In this document: one piece after another, positions 14,267 to 22,806 of the stretch
Layout of the letters: the number at the start of each line of letters is the position of its first letter
Numbering within the stretch: position 1 is the stretch's first letter
Origin: a virus
Virus record (IMG/VR): IMGVR_UViG_2225789004_000003
Span: 1 to 64,000 of that record
Direction: 5' to 3' (one strand)
Length of the DNA: 64,000 bases
The notes under the pieces: model-generated
What the model was told of the DNA's origin: nothing
Databases searched by the model: none
Seen by the model: the letters and a program-made list of their open reading frames with translations, nothing else
Program-made: the position numbers and the translations under genes

Positions 14267-16246
14267 ATGAATAATACGATAAAAGAATTAGAAAATAAAA
14301 TTAAATTATACTCGGATCAATATTATCAAGGTGAGTCGGAAATATCTGATATAGAATTTGATAATTTAATTGATCAGTTAAGAGAATTAGATCCTAATAA
14401 TGGGATTTTAAGTAAAACTGGATGGGGGTATAATCCTGTTGAGTATGGCAAACCTGTGCCACATCTATTTAAATTACAAGGCTTAGATAAAGTAAAATGT
14501 GAAAAAAGTACTATTATTAATTATGATTATGTTACACCTAAATATGATGGTGCAAGTGTTGAAGTTATATATAAAAATAATAAATTTTATCAAGCCATAT
14601 CAAGAGGTAATGGAACTGAAGGGTTTGATGTTACAAACAAGTTAAAGTATATAGTACCTAATAATTTATATATAGATGATACTACCAATAATAAATCCCC
14701 TGTGGATGAAATTTTTAGATATACAAGTAATGAAATGATTTCTATATCTGGAGAATTTATAATGGATAAAATTATAAAAAATAAAGAGCAGTATTGTAAA
14801 GCTCCTTCGGCTAGAAATCTAGCTACTGGATTTTTAAATCGAAAAAAATTCAATAAAGATGAATGTAAAGATTATAGTTTTATTCCTTATAGACTAAATG
14901 GTATCGTAGTAAATTCAGATGATGAATTAAATTATGAACATTTTGAATCTCTCTGTTATAATCATTATAAATCTGAAATAATTGAGTATCTACATAATCA
15001 CTTTGTTGATAATGGTGAAGATTGTTATGATTATTTTCCTACGATTGAAAAAGAATATATTTCCGATTTTGAAGGATTTTTTCAGAGTACTAACGTAGAA
15101 GAATATTTTGAATGTGATGGAATTGTAGTTGGCACTGATAAGTTGGATTATAAAATTAAAGATAATAAAATTTACTTTAAGTATAATGATATAGCATTAA
15201 AAGTTACAAAAGATACTGCTGAAGTAGAAGTTGATAAAATTACATGGCAACTATCACGAACTGGATTATTAGTACCAGTTGTTGAGATAAAAAATCCTGT
15301 ATTTTTACAAGGTGCAACCATTTCAAGAGTAACGGCTTTTAATGCTAAATATGTTAAGGATAATAGAATTGATAAAGGTGCTATTTTAAAAATTAGCAGA
15401 AGCGGTGATGTTATACCGACAATACTTGAAGTAATTAAACCATGTGATACATTTGAAACTAATTTAGCATGTCCAGTATGTAATCAAAAAGCTGAATGGC
15501 ATAGTGTTAATTTAGTTTGTAAAAATGAAAATTGTAAAAACAAAAGTTATAGTGATATATATAGATGGATTGAATTGATCGGTGCTGAAAAAGGTGCTTC
15601 TGAAAACATTATAAATGCTATCATAGAATATGGTAAATTAACCTGTATAAGTGATATTTATAATATTATGGAATACAATTATAATTGGGATAAATTATTA
15701 AAAGACGTTCCATGTTTTGGAAAGTCATCGATTGAATTAACTAAAAAAGTATGGTCAAATTTATTTAGAGAAATAGAAGTTCATGAATTTTTATCAGCTT
15801 TAAATATCGCAGGTATAGGTTTAAAAACTGCAGAAGTTTTAGCTAAAGAGTGTGATATTTATAATAAGGTTAAAGATGTTTTTGGAAAGGCTAAATTAGA
15901 TGATATAACAAATGCAAATGGTATTGGTGAGTCTGTAAAGTCGATATTAATTAAAAATCATAATTATATCAGAAGTGTATTTATGGTTTGTAAAGTTATC
16001 GATATTAAAAAGAAAGAAGAAAGTAAGGATTTAATAAAAGTAACATTAACAGGTAAATTAGAAAACTATGGTAGAAATGAACTTTTAGAAAAGTTTAAAG
16101 ATAAAATAATTGAAACAAGTATTAATGAATGTGATTATTTAGTTACTAATACTCCTGATAGCGGAAGTAGTAAAAATGTAAAAGCTCAAAAGTTAGGCAA
16201 ACAAATAATAACTGAAAATAAGTTATTAGAAATGTTAGGAGAGTAA
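14267..16246 (+). CDS. ligA: NAD-dependent DNA ligase
   Basis: Ia-domain signature YSDQYYQGESEISDIEFDNL, adenylation KYDG, Cys4 zinc finger CPVC...CKNENC, HhH region and C-terminal BRCT-like ITLTGKL...YLVTN...SSKNVKAQKLG. Confidence 0.85.
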   Translation: MNNTIKELENKIKLYSDQYYQGESEISDIEFDNLIDQLRELDPNNGILSKTGWGYNPVEYGKPVPHLFKLQGLDKVKCEKSTIINYDYVTPKYDGASVEVIYKNNKFYQAISRGNGTEGFDVTNKLKYIVPNNLYIDDTTNNKSPVDEIFRYTSNEMISISGEFIMDKIIKNKEQYCKAPSARNLATGFLNRKKFNKDECKDYSFIPYRLNGIVVNSDDELNYEHFESLCYNHYKSEIIEYLHNHFVDNGEDCYDYFPTIEKEYISDFEGFFQSTNVEEYFECDGIVVGTDKLDYKIKDNKIYFKYNDIALKVTKDTAEVEVDKITWQLSRTGLLVPVVEIKNPVFLQGATISRVTAFNAKYVKDNRIDKGAILKISRSGDVIPTILEVIKPCDTFETNLACPVCNQKAEWHSVNLVCKNENCKNKSYSDIYRWIELIGAEKGASENIINAIIEYGKLTCISDIYNIMEYNYNWDKLLKDVPCFGKSSIELTKKVWSNLFREIEVHEFLSALNIAGIGLKTAEVLAKECDIYNKVKDVFGKAKLDDITNANGIGESVKSILIKNHNYIRSVFMVCKVIDIKKKEESKDLIKVTLTGKLENYGRNELLEKFKDKIIETSINECDYLVTNTPDSGSSKNVKAQKLGKQIITENKLLEMLGE

Positions 16247-16251
16247 AAAAT

Positions 16252-16551
16252 ATGTATATATGTAATGATATTATAGTAAGAAAGTTAAAAGAAGAATTGA
16301 GTATTAAAGGTTGTAAATATGGAATAGATAAAGATTTTACAACCAGTAGTTATGATTGTTATATAAATTTACAACTACATAACGGAGAAATAGTAAAGAT
16401 ACAAGTTCCAGTTAATAGTGTTAAAACTAAATATCAACTTTATCATAATAATAAATGTGTAATTGAAAGTCACTATTATGATAAAATTATAGATTCACTG
16501 TTATTAATAAATTTTCATACTAGTAGCAGTTATTTAAATTCAGTTATTTAA
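16252..16551 (+). CDS. Hypothetical protein
   Basis: ORF tightly packed in the operon. Confidence 0.55.
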   Translation: MYICNDIIVRKLKEELSIKGCKYGIDKDFTTSSYDCYINLQLHNGEIVKIQVPVNSVKTKYQLYHNNKCVIESHYYDKIIDSLLLINFHTSSSYLNSVI

Positions 16552-16552
16552 T

Positions 16553-16855
16553 ATGATTAGACGTAAAAATGTAGATATTGAAATTATTACTACTGATCAT
16601 GATGGTAATACTATAAGCATTGATAATTATGAAAATTATAATTTAAATTTTAAGTTAGTTCCAAATGGTGAAAATGATTGTACATTTGACTTTGATGAAA
16701 TTGATATGGATTTTAAACTAGATACTGATTTATTAAATGAAATTGGTATTAAAGATTATATTCTTAATAAGTTATTAGAAATGGATATTACTAAGGATGT
16801 TGATGAATTATCTCAATTAGTTGAAATTATTTATAATAATTATATTAGAGGTTAA
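16553..16855 (+). CDS. Hypothetical strongly acidic protein (100 aa)
   Basis: D/E-rich (FDFDEIDMDFKLDTDLLNE). Adjacent stop/start with its neighbours. Confidence 0.55.
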   Translation: MIRRKNVDIEIITTDHDGNTISIDNYENYNLNFKLVPNGENDCTFDFDEIDMDFKLDTDLLNEIGIKDYILNKLLEMDITKDVDELSQLVEIIYNNYIRG

Positions 16856-16856
16856 A

Positions 16857-17105
16857 ATGAAAAAGTTTTTAAATAAAATATTTGATTTATTAAAACCTAG
16901 ATCAATTGGTAGATATGTACCTGAAGGTTATATTGAAAGTCCTCCGCCTAATACACTTAAACCTTCTGAAGTTATTATAACTAGAACAGTATATACACCT
17001 AGAATAACAAATATTCCAAATGAAGACTTTAAAAATTTAGTAATAGGGGAGTTGAGTTGTATTAAAAGTATGTTAAATGATATTATTGAAAAGAGATTAA
17101 TATGA
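16857..17105 (+). CDS. Hypothetical protein
   Basis: Start moved to ATG 16857 (MKKFLNK) behind AGAGG. Confidence 0.55.
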   Translation: MKKFLNKIFDLLKPRSIGRYVPEGYIESPPPNTLKPSEVIITRTVYTPRITNIPNEDFKNLVIGELSCIKSMLNDIIEKRLI

Positions 17106-17698
17106 GTATACCTGTATTATGGTTTGATTGTATATTTAGATTTAAATTAGATTATCACCCTGTTACTAAAAAACCTTTATTACAAGTGAGTCTCTACGAT
17201 ATATTACCAGATTCTAATTCTAAGTTTTTTAGTGTTGTAAATGGTCAACTAGTGTTTAAATCTAAACATTTAATGTATTTAAACATTGATTCATACCATG
17301 TAATTAATATAAATTTAAATAATATAGATTTTGAAACAGATAAGCATATAGCATATTCACCTAAAGTCGAAAGTAATGACCCTGAAGATATAGGTTGTGA
17401 TGTTTTAGTATATAGAGTAAATATGCGTATCTATAATTTACGAGATAGTAAAGTTATCGGCGATTTTGAATTTGTATTTAGAATGGAAGATGTAATTAAT
17501 CATTATGAATTTAAACAATATTTTGTAGAATTCGAGAAATGGAATAATAAAGGCAAGCCAAAAGAAGTAATTACTAATGAAGAAGATGAAATGGAATTAA
17601 CTGATAAGGCTATTAAATATCTTGAAAACCTAGTTGCTAGAAGTAAAGAAATTAGATTTAAAACTTATAGAATTGAGGTTTTGGATGATAAACTATAA
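17102..17698 (+). CDS. Hypothetical protein
   Basis: ATGA overlap with the upstream gene. Confidence 0.55.
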   Translation: MSIPVLWFDCIFRFKLDYHPVTKKPLLQVSLYDILPDSNSKFFSVVNGQLVFKSKHLMYLNIDSYHVININLNNIDFETDKHIAYSPKVESNDPEDIGCDVLVYRVNMRIYNLRDSKVIGDFEFVFRMEDVINHYEFKQYFVEFEKWNNKGKPKEVITNEEDEMELTDKAIKYLENLVARSKEIRFKTYRIEVLDDKL

Positions 17699-17900
17699 CG
17701 GATATACAATAAACTGTGATTATAAAGATTGTGAACAAAAATATTCTATAGTAAGTTCTGATTGTAATGATTATGAGGATGTAGAAGAATTTATTGAAAA
17801 CTATTTAGAATGGAAAGTTGATGGGTATAATACATATTGTCCTAAATGCAAAATACAAAAAGAAAAAGATGATTTTAATAGTTATTTAGATGAAAATTGA
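17685..17900 (+). CDS. Hypothetical zinc-ribbon-like protein
   Basis: Start moved to ATG 17685 behind GAGG. CDYKDC...CPKC cysteine pairs. Confidence 0.5.
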   Translation: MINYNGYTINCDYKDCEQKYSIVSSDCNDYEDVEEFIENYLEWKVDGYNTYCPKCKIQKEKDDFNSYLDEN

Positions 17901-18393
17901 TCGTATATGGGCAATGCCTAACAAAAATACATTTGATATTAAACCTATTTTAGAATTAATTCAATCTGAAATGGTTGATGGTTTATGGATAGATCCTTTT
18001 GCTAATAAAAACAGGTTAGCAAGCATTACAAATGATTTAAATACAGAATTCGATACAGACTATCATCTGGATGCTTTGAACTTTTTAAAACTACAAAATA
18101 CAAGCTCTGTGAATGGTATATTATTTGATCCTCCATATTCTCCTAGACAGATAAGTGAGTGTTATAGAAATTTTGGATATAATATAACTAAACAAACTAC
18201 TCAATCATCATTTTATTCTAATTTAAAATCTGAAATAGGTAGGATTATAAAACCAAATGGTAAAGTAATTTCTTTTGGTTGGAATAGCGGAGGAATTGGA
18301 ATGAAATATGGTTTTGAAATAACTAGGATATTATTAGTTCCACACGGAGGTTGGCATAATGATACAATAGTTACTGTAGAAGTCAAAAAATAA
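17890..18393 (+). CDS. Small DNA (amino) methyltransferase, DPPY type
   Basis: IDPFAN (motif I-like) followed by ILFDPPYSPRQ (motif IV). Confidence 0.65.
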   Translation: MKIDRIWAMPNKNTFDIKPILELIQSEMVDGLWIDPFANKNRLASITNDLNTEFDTDYHLDALNFLKLQNTSSVNGILFDPPYSPRQISECYRNFGYNITKQTTQSSFYSNLKSEIGRIIKPNGKVISFGWNSGGIGMKYGFEITRILLVPHGGWHNDTIVTVEVKK

Positions 18394-18430
18394 AAATACC
18401 CTTACACTACAAAGGTATTTTTATTTTTTC
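18392..18430 (+). terminator. Rho-independent terminator ending the plus-strand block
   Basis: Stem AAAAATACC/GGTATTTTT followed by ATTTTTT. Confidence 0.7.
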
Positions 18431-18513
18431 AAAGGAGATCTATTTTATGCGTAAAACCAAATATTCCATGACTATTATAAAATAGTTTAAATAATATGTC
18501 AAGGATTAAATGA

Positions 18514-18547
18514 AAAAAGCAGAGAATAACATCTCTGCTTTTTATTA
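18514..18547. terminator. Bidirectional rho-independent terminator
   Basis: Stem AAAAAGCAGAGA/TCTCTGCTTTTT with A-run and T-run flanks. Confidence 0.75.
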
Positions 18548-18679
18548 GCTCATACAATGTATGACCTGTGGCATTTTCTATTGCTAGAATTCTTATTTCA
18601 ACGTTTAATGCGAATCGACTTACTTAAACTCCATAAGCGTAAATTTCCAATATGCCATATGGTATCTTCGTTAAGAAGT
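18514..18679 (-). ncRNA. Candidate small non-coding RNA of about 165 nt (promoter-to-terminator unit without an ORF)
   Basis: Bounded by the canonical promoter at 18686..18714 and the terminator at 18514..18547. The only open frame is a 12-codon ATG with no SD. Confidence 0.4.
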
Positions 18680-18685
18680 ATAATT

Positions 18686-18714
18686 ATTATACACCATAAC
18701 AAAAGTCTTGTCAA
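18686..18714 (-). promoter_or_regulatory. Consensus sigma70-type promoter
   Basis: Minus strand: TTGACA (18709..18714), exactly 17 nt, TATAAT (18686..18691). Confidence 0.65.
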
Positions 18715-18722
18715 TAGCTAAT

Positions 18723-18950
18723 TTAACCTTTTTTGAAAGATTTTATTAGTTTATATACATCTGCACCTAAACCAACTAATGCAATAAGGTCAAAGTTTTT
18801 ATTTTCCCACATTTTCTTTACATTGCCGAAATGTTCAACAATTTTATCAACACCATTTAATCCAGTTACATCTATAGCTAATTTAACTTCATGATCAGCT
18901 ACTTTTGACATATCAATATTATGAAACTTAACGTCCATTCTTTTACACAT
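18723..18950 (-). CDS. Hypothetical protein (75 aa), last gene of the late block
   Basis: ORF with AAAAGG SD. A weakly hydrophobic C-terminal segment. Confidence 0.5.
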   Translation of the reverse strand: MCKRMDVKFHNIDMSKVADHEVKLAIDVTGLNGVDKIVEHFGNVKKMWENKNFDLIALVGLGADVYKLIKSFKKG

Positions 18951-19021
18951 CCTTTTTAGTTATTTTAAATGTAAATCTATATAATCCCTTTAAGGGTAAT
19001 TTTAGCTAGATAATTGTATCA

Positions 19022-19405
19022 CTAAACTAAATCTACGTCAATATCCCAAATAAAAATTTCTATATCTTCATCTGGAGTATATTGTATTTCTTCGGAGTCC
19101 CAAGCAGGAATAATTTTTTGATTAAAAGTAATTCTAAATTTATACTCATAATAACGAGTAGCATAATGTCCCTCGTCACTGTTATCAGAATCAAATGTCA
19201 TAATGACTTCATTAACATTATCTACTAATATATCTTGTATTATTTTATCAGCAATTTCTTTATAATCATTTTGTCCTATTAATCCAAAATTAATTCCTTC
19301 ATAATTTATAACTCTATCAAACTGTTTTTCTAATTCAAATTGAAAATCAGACATTCCTTGTTCAGTATTAATAGCAAATATATCATTATTTTCTAATAAT
19401 TTCAT
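19022..19405 (-). CDS. Hypothetical acidic protein (MKLLEN N-terminus)
   Basis: ORF behind AAAGGAAT SD. Confidence 0.55.
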   Translation of the reverse strand: MKLLENNDIFAINTEQGMSDFQFELEKQFDRVINYEGINFGLIGQNDYKEIADKIIQDILVDNVNEVIMTFDSDNSDEGHYATRYYEYKFRITFNQKIIPAWDSEEIQYTPDEDIEIFIWDIDVDLV

Positions 19406-19429
19406 TGATTTAAATTCCTTTAAATAAAA

Positions 19430-19503
19430 TAGCGGGAGTAGGAGTCGAACCTACGATCTACAGGTTATGAGCCTATCGAGTTAAGCCACTACTCTATCCC
19501 GCA
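19430..19503 (-). tRNA. tRNA with CAU anticodon (elongator Met, or Ile2 if lysidinylated)
   Basis: D-arm GAGT..ACTC with GG, anticodon loop CUCAUAA, T-arm GTAGGTTCGACTCCTAC. Position 1-72 is a U-U mismatch. Confidence 0.8.
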
Positions 19504-19515
19504 ATATAACTTAAA

Positions 19516-20244
19516 TTATAATACCTCAATTAATTTATAAATAGCAACTTCTGTAGGTGAATCAGGAAATACAATATGGTAGTTTTTACCTTTACTTATT
19601 ATTGAATCTTTAATAGATGTTATAGTCATTTTACCACTATGAGCATTTACTTTAAATTCAGAATTTCTATCATACTTAGAAATATCGACATCGGTAGTAG
19701 GATTACTAGGAACATTATTGCCAGTATCACTTGAAACCATTTTAGCATATGAATAATATCCTTCATTTTTATAAACTGATTTTACCTTATCTCTAATCCC
19801 AGCTAATTTATTATATAAAAATTTACCAGGACATGCTGTATTGTAATAATCTCGATGTCCTTTAATGTTAGCAAATTGAATTGTAGGATATAGGAGTTTT
19901 AAATAACATACTAATTCTACTAAAGAATCTAATTGAGCTTGAGTAGGTTCACCAATTTCAAAATTACCTGAAAGATGAATCCCTAATGTATCCGAATTAG
20001 CATCAGGTTCATGAGCTCCAACTGTCCAGTGAGGTCTACCTATCTCGACATTACCATTTTTACGAATAACATAATGATAACCTATGCCAGCCCATCCTTG
20101 ATTTAAATGACCTTGATGTATAGTAGAAGCAGATTGATCATCATTAGTACCTGCACCTGTATGATGAATAACGATTCCTATAGGTGTAACATTCATAGGC
20201 GTTAAACTATTAAATTTTAAATTTAAATCAACTATTTTTATCAT
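19516..20244 (-). CDS. Endolysin, N-acetylmuramoyl-L-alanine amidase (amidase_2/PGRP fold) with an unknown C-terminal domain
   Basis: IVIHHTG, GWAGIGYHYVIRKNG, GAHEP, GIHLSGNF, IKGHRDY..TACPGK. Confidence 0.85.
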   Translation of the reverse strand: MIKIVDLNLKFNSLTPMNVTPIGIVIHHTGAGTNDDQSASTIHQGHLNQGWAGIGYHYVIRKNGNVEIGRPHWTVGAHEPDANSDTLGIHLSGNFEIGEPTQAQLDSLVELVCYLKLLYPTIQFANIKGHRDYYNTACPGKFLYNKLAGIRDKVKSVYKNEGYYSYAKMVSSDTGNNVPSNPTTDVDISKYDRNSEFKVNAHSGKMTITSIKDSIISKGKNYHIVFPDSPTEVAIYKLIEVL

Positions 20245-20672
20245 CGGTTTAATCTTTCTTTCATTATATTTTCTAACATTTTTGCAGTATTCATATAAGC
20301 ATTTTGTAATACTTCATTGGATAATTTTAAATAATTATAATCAATTTTACCATCACCTCTAATTAATCCTGTAGCTATGCAGTCTGCTATTTGTTCTAAT
20401 ACATCGAGCAAATTTACATCTTCAGGTACTTTTCTTAGTAAATGATGTCTTTCTTCAGTAAAGTGTTTTTCATACCATTCACTATTATTTATATTACCAC
20501 TATTTAATGCATCATAAAATTCATCAAAATAATCTTCTTTAGTATGATCATGTTTCTTTCCAATTTCTTTTAATTTATAACTAATATCAGATAGCAATGT
20601 AATTACATGACAAATATGTGAATTAGTATCATTTCTTAATTTTTCTTTATCCATATCTTCTATTAATTTCAT
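20241..20672 (-). CDS. Hypothetical helical protein (possible HD-like metal site)
   Basis: HICHV...KKHDHTKEDYFDEF...EERHHL. The assignment is weak. Confidence 0.3.
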   Translation of the reverse strand: MKLIEDMDKEKLRNDTNSHICHVITLLSDISYKLKEIGKKHDHTKEDYFDEFYDALNSGNINNSEWYEKHFTEERHHLLRKVPEDVNLLDVLEQIADCIATGLIRGDGKIDYNYLKLSNEVLQNAYMNTAKMLENIMKERLNR

Positions 20673-20681
20673 TTCTACTTC

Positions 20682-20951
20682 CTAATTAGCAAATACATTA
20701 GAACTGCCTGAAATAATAGTTCCTCCATGTGGAGCAGTTGGATCTCCTACACGTCCTACAGATATGCCATTGGCAAAAACAGTTGAACTTCCTTGTGATA
20801 TATAGTCATCTCCATATTCATGAGTTCCAAATCTATCTCCAACTCTACCAACAGCAATTCCATTGGCAAAGACATTAGAACTTCCTTGTAATAAAGAAGT
20901 TACTCCGTAATAATCTTGTTGATTGTCTCCAACTCTTACAACTTGTGGCAT
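20682..20951 (-). CDS. PAAR-like spike-tip protein
   Basis: Three repeats of GSSNVFANGI(A/S)VGRVGD, the pattern of PAAR-repeat cone proteins. Confidence 0.7.
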   Translation of the reverse strand: MPQVVRVGDNQQDYYGVTSLLQGSSNVFANGIAVGRVGDRFGTHEYGDDYISQGSSTVFANGISVGRVGDPTAPHGGTIISGSSNVFAN

Positions 20952-21275
20952 TTACAAATACATATCCTTTATTAATTTTTCAAATAAATTTTCTACATTA
21001 AATTGCGTTATAAACGTTTCTAATTCAGATTCCTTAATATAACACCTTTTTCTTTTAAAAATGCGTGTAATGGTTGAATTTGATATACAGAACTCAAATT
21101 CTAATTGGTTTTTATTAAAGTTAAATATTACAAATCTAAATAAAAATGAGTATTGAGAAAGTTTGTTTAAATTTTCAGTTTTTATTTTATAAGTATTACC
21201 TTTTATTCTATCATGTTTTATATTTTCATTCAATAGTTTTAATATTATTTCATTATAATTTTTAGTTTTAATCAT
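20952..21275 (-). CDS. Hypothetical protein
   Basis: ORF translationally coupled to the methyltransferase genes. Confidence 0.5.
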   Translation of the reverse strand: MIKTKNYNEIILKLLNENIKHDRIKGNTYKIKTENLNKLSQYSFLFRFVIFNFNKNQLEFEFCISNSTITRIFKRKRCYIKESELETFITQFNVENLFEKLIKDMYL

Positions 21276-22246
21276 TTAAAATCCCTTATAGTAGTTTCGA
21301 CAATATTTATTTCATTATCCGTTAAATTATATTTATTATAAAGCATTTTATCATTCCATTTAATATCAAAATCTTCATATGGAACAAATTTGAAACAGCC
21401 TTTATTGATATTTATGGAATTTAAACACTGTTTTAATAAATATCTAGGTAATTTCAGTTTCATAAAATTACACATATTAATAGCTTTTTGTTCTATATCA
21501 AATGTATTTAACATTAAATAAGTATCTGTGCATACAACATCAGGTTTTAATATTAATGGTGTAGTAGTTACTTTATAACCACATTTTGGATCTATGTTAG
21601 TTTCACCATTACATGGAACACTTTTACTAATTATTACTTTATATTTATTAATTAAGTTATTGTTTTTTGTAATTATAAACTTATCAATATAGCTAATACC
21701 TTCACTTGTGAATAATGTTATAGAATTATTAAATTTTTCAATTTGACCTCTAAAATTTGATTGAAAATTAAAACAATTACGCCCAGATACAATAGAGTCT
21801 AAAGTATTTATTTTTGACTTTATTATTTTATTAATTATAGATATAGAATCATTGTTTCTGATTAAAATATCAAATTGATTTAATGATCTAATAGATGTAT
21901 TTGTATTATTATAATTTATATTAGTTATTTCACAATTACCATTATGGTTTTTATTCCATAAAAAGTAGCATATACCACCAGCTATTCCAACATTATCGAA
22001 TACAAATTTACTTGATTCAAAATCAATTAATTTCTCAATTCGAGTATCATTAATCATTTCACATCTGAATGTATCTAACCCTTTACCACCAGCATACCAA
22101 CGATTAGGTATAATCATTATAATGTAATTAGGATCTAATTCCTTACTAGCTTGAATAAATTTATGATATAAAGGTTTACAACTATTTTTATGACCATTAT
22201 CATTTTCTTGATATGGAGGATTAGTTATTATAATATCAAATTTCAT
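21272..22246 (-). CDS. N6-adenine DNA methyltransferase, catalytic (NPPY) plus target-recognition half
   Basis: MKFDIIITNPPYQ at residues 1-13. Eco57I/TaqI-like region follows (IIMIIPNRW...). GAGG SD lies inside the end of the upstream ORF. Confidence 0.7.
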   Translation of the reverse strand: MKFDIIITNPPYQENDNGHKNSCKPLYHKFIQASKELDPNYIIMIIPNRWYAGGKGLDTFRCEMINDTRIEKLIDFESSKFVFDNVGIAGGICYFLWNKNHNGNCEITNINYNNTNTSIRSLNQFDILIRNNDSISIINKIIKSKINTLDSIVSGRNCFNFQSNFRGQIEKFNNSITLFTSEGISYIDKFIITKNNNLINKYKVIISKSVPCNGETNIDPKCGYKVTTTPLILKPDVVCTDTYLMLNTFDIEQKAINMCNFMKLKLPRYLLKQCLNSININKGCFKFVPYEDFDIKWNDKMLYNKYNLTDNEINIVETTIRDFK

Positions 22247-22742
22247 TGTTTACCTCACTAACCCAATCCCACTCTAAAAATTTAATTGGTTCTCCGACAC
22301 TTCCTAACATAGTTAAAAAATTACCACATATTATATTATAATCTAATATAGTATGAACATTTTTTATAATTATATCTCTAGGTTTAACATTAAATTTATT
22401 AGCTATATTTTTATAATTTTCAAACCAAATATCATACATTCTTTTTCGAGATTCTAATACATTATCATTTAAAATATCAATAGCATAAATACTTGAAATG
22501 GCTTGTAATGATTTTAATTCATAATCCTTTATATCACTATAAACTTCATTAATAAAAAGTAACTTTCTGGAAAGTATTTCAACCAGAAAGTTACCATTAC
22601 CACATGCAGGTTCTAAAACTTTAGAATCAATTCTTTTTATTTCGTCATGGACTAAATCACACATAGCTTTAACTTCACGTTCATTAGTAAAAACTTCGCC
22701 AAACTTAGATACACGTTCTTTTGACTTTATTTGTTTTGACAT
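22236..22742 (-). CDS. N6-adenine DNA methyltransferase, SAM-binding (motif I) half
   Basis: GEVFTNEREVKAMCDLV...KVLEPACGNGNFLVEIL. Lacks motif IV and ends 11 nt inside the next ORF. Confidence 0.7.
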   Translation of the reverse strand: MSKQIKSKERVSKFGEVFTNEREVKAMCDLVHDEIKRIDSKVLEPACGNGNFLVEILSRKLLFINEVYSDIKDYELKSLQAISSIYAIDILNDNVLESRKRMYDIWFENYKNIANKFNVKPRDIIIKNVHTILDYNIICGNFLTMLGSVGEPIKFLEWDWVSEVNNEI

Positions 22743-22775
22743 ATTATTACCTTTATATTAAATTTTAATATTACT

Positions 22776-22804
22776 ATTATAACATAAAAACAATAACATG
22801 TCAA
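22776..22804 (-). promoter_or_regulatory. Sigma70-type promoter F for the methyltransferase operon
   Basis: Minus strand: TTGACA (22799..22804), 17 nt, TGtTATAAT (22776..22781). No AGAC-N8-GTCT leader here. Confidence 0.65.
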
Positions 22805-22806
22805 TA

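Noticed and set aside
18447-18485. A 12-codon ORF (MRKTKYSMTIIK) with an AAGGAG SD between two terminators.
   Set aside because: No promoter is visible between the terminator at 18392..18430 and the ORF. It is too short to evaluate and could be chance.
19430-19503. The 1-72 mismatch of the tRNA(CAU) as evidence for an initiator tRNA.
   Set aside because: Bacterial initiators have a C1-A72 mismatch and three G-C pairs at the base of the anticodon stem. Here the mismatch is U-U and only two G-C pairs are present.
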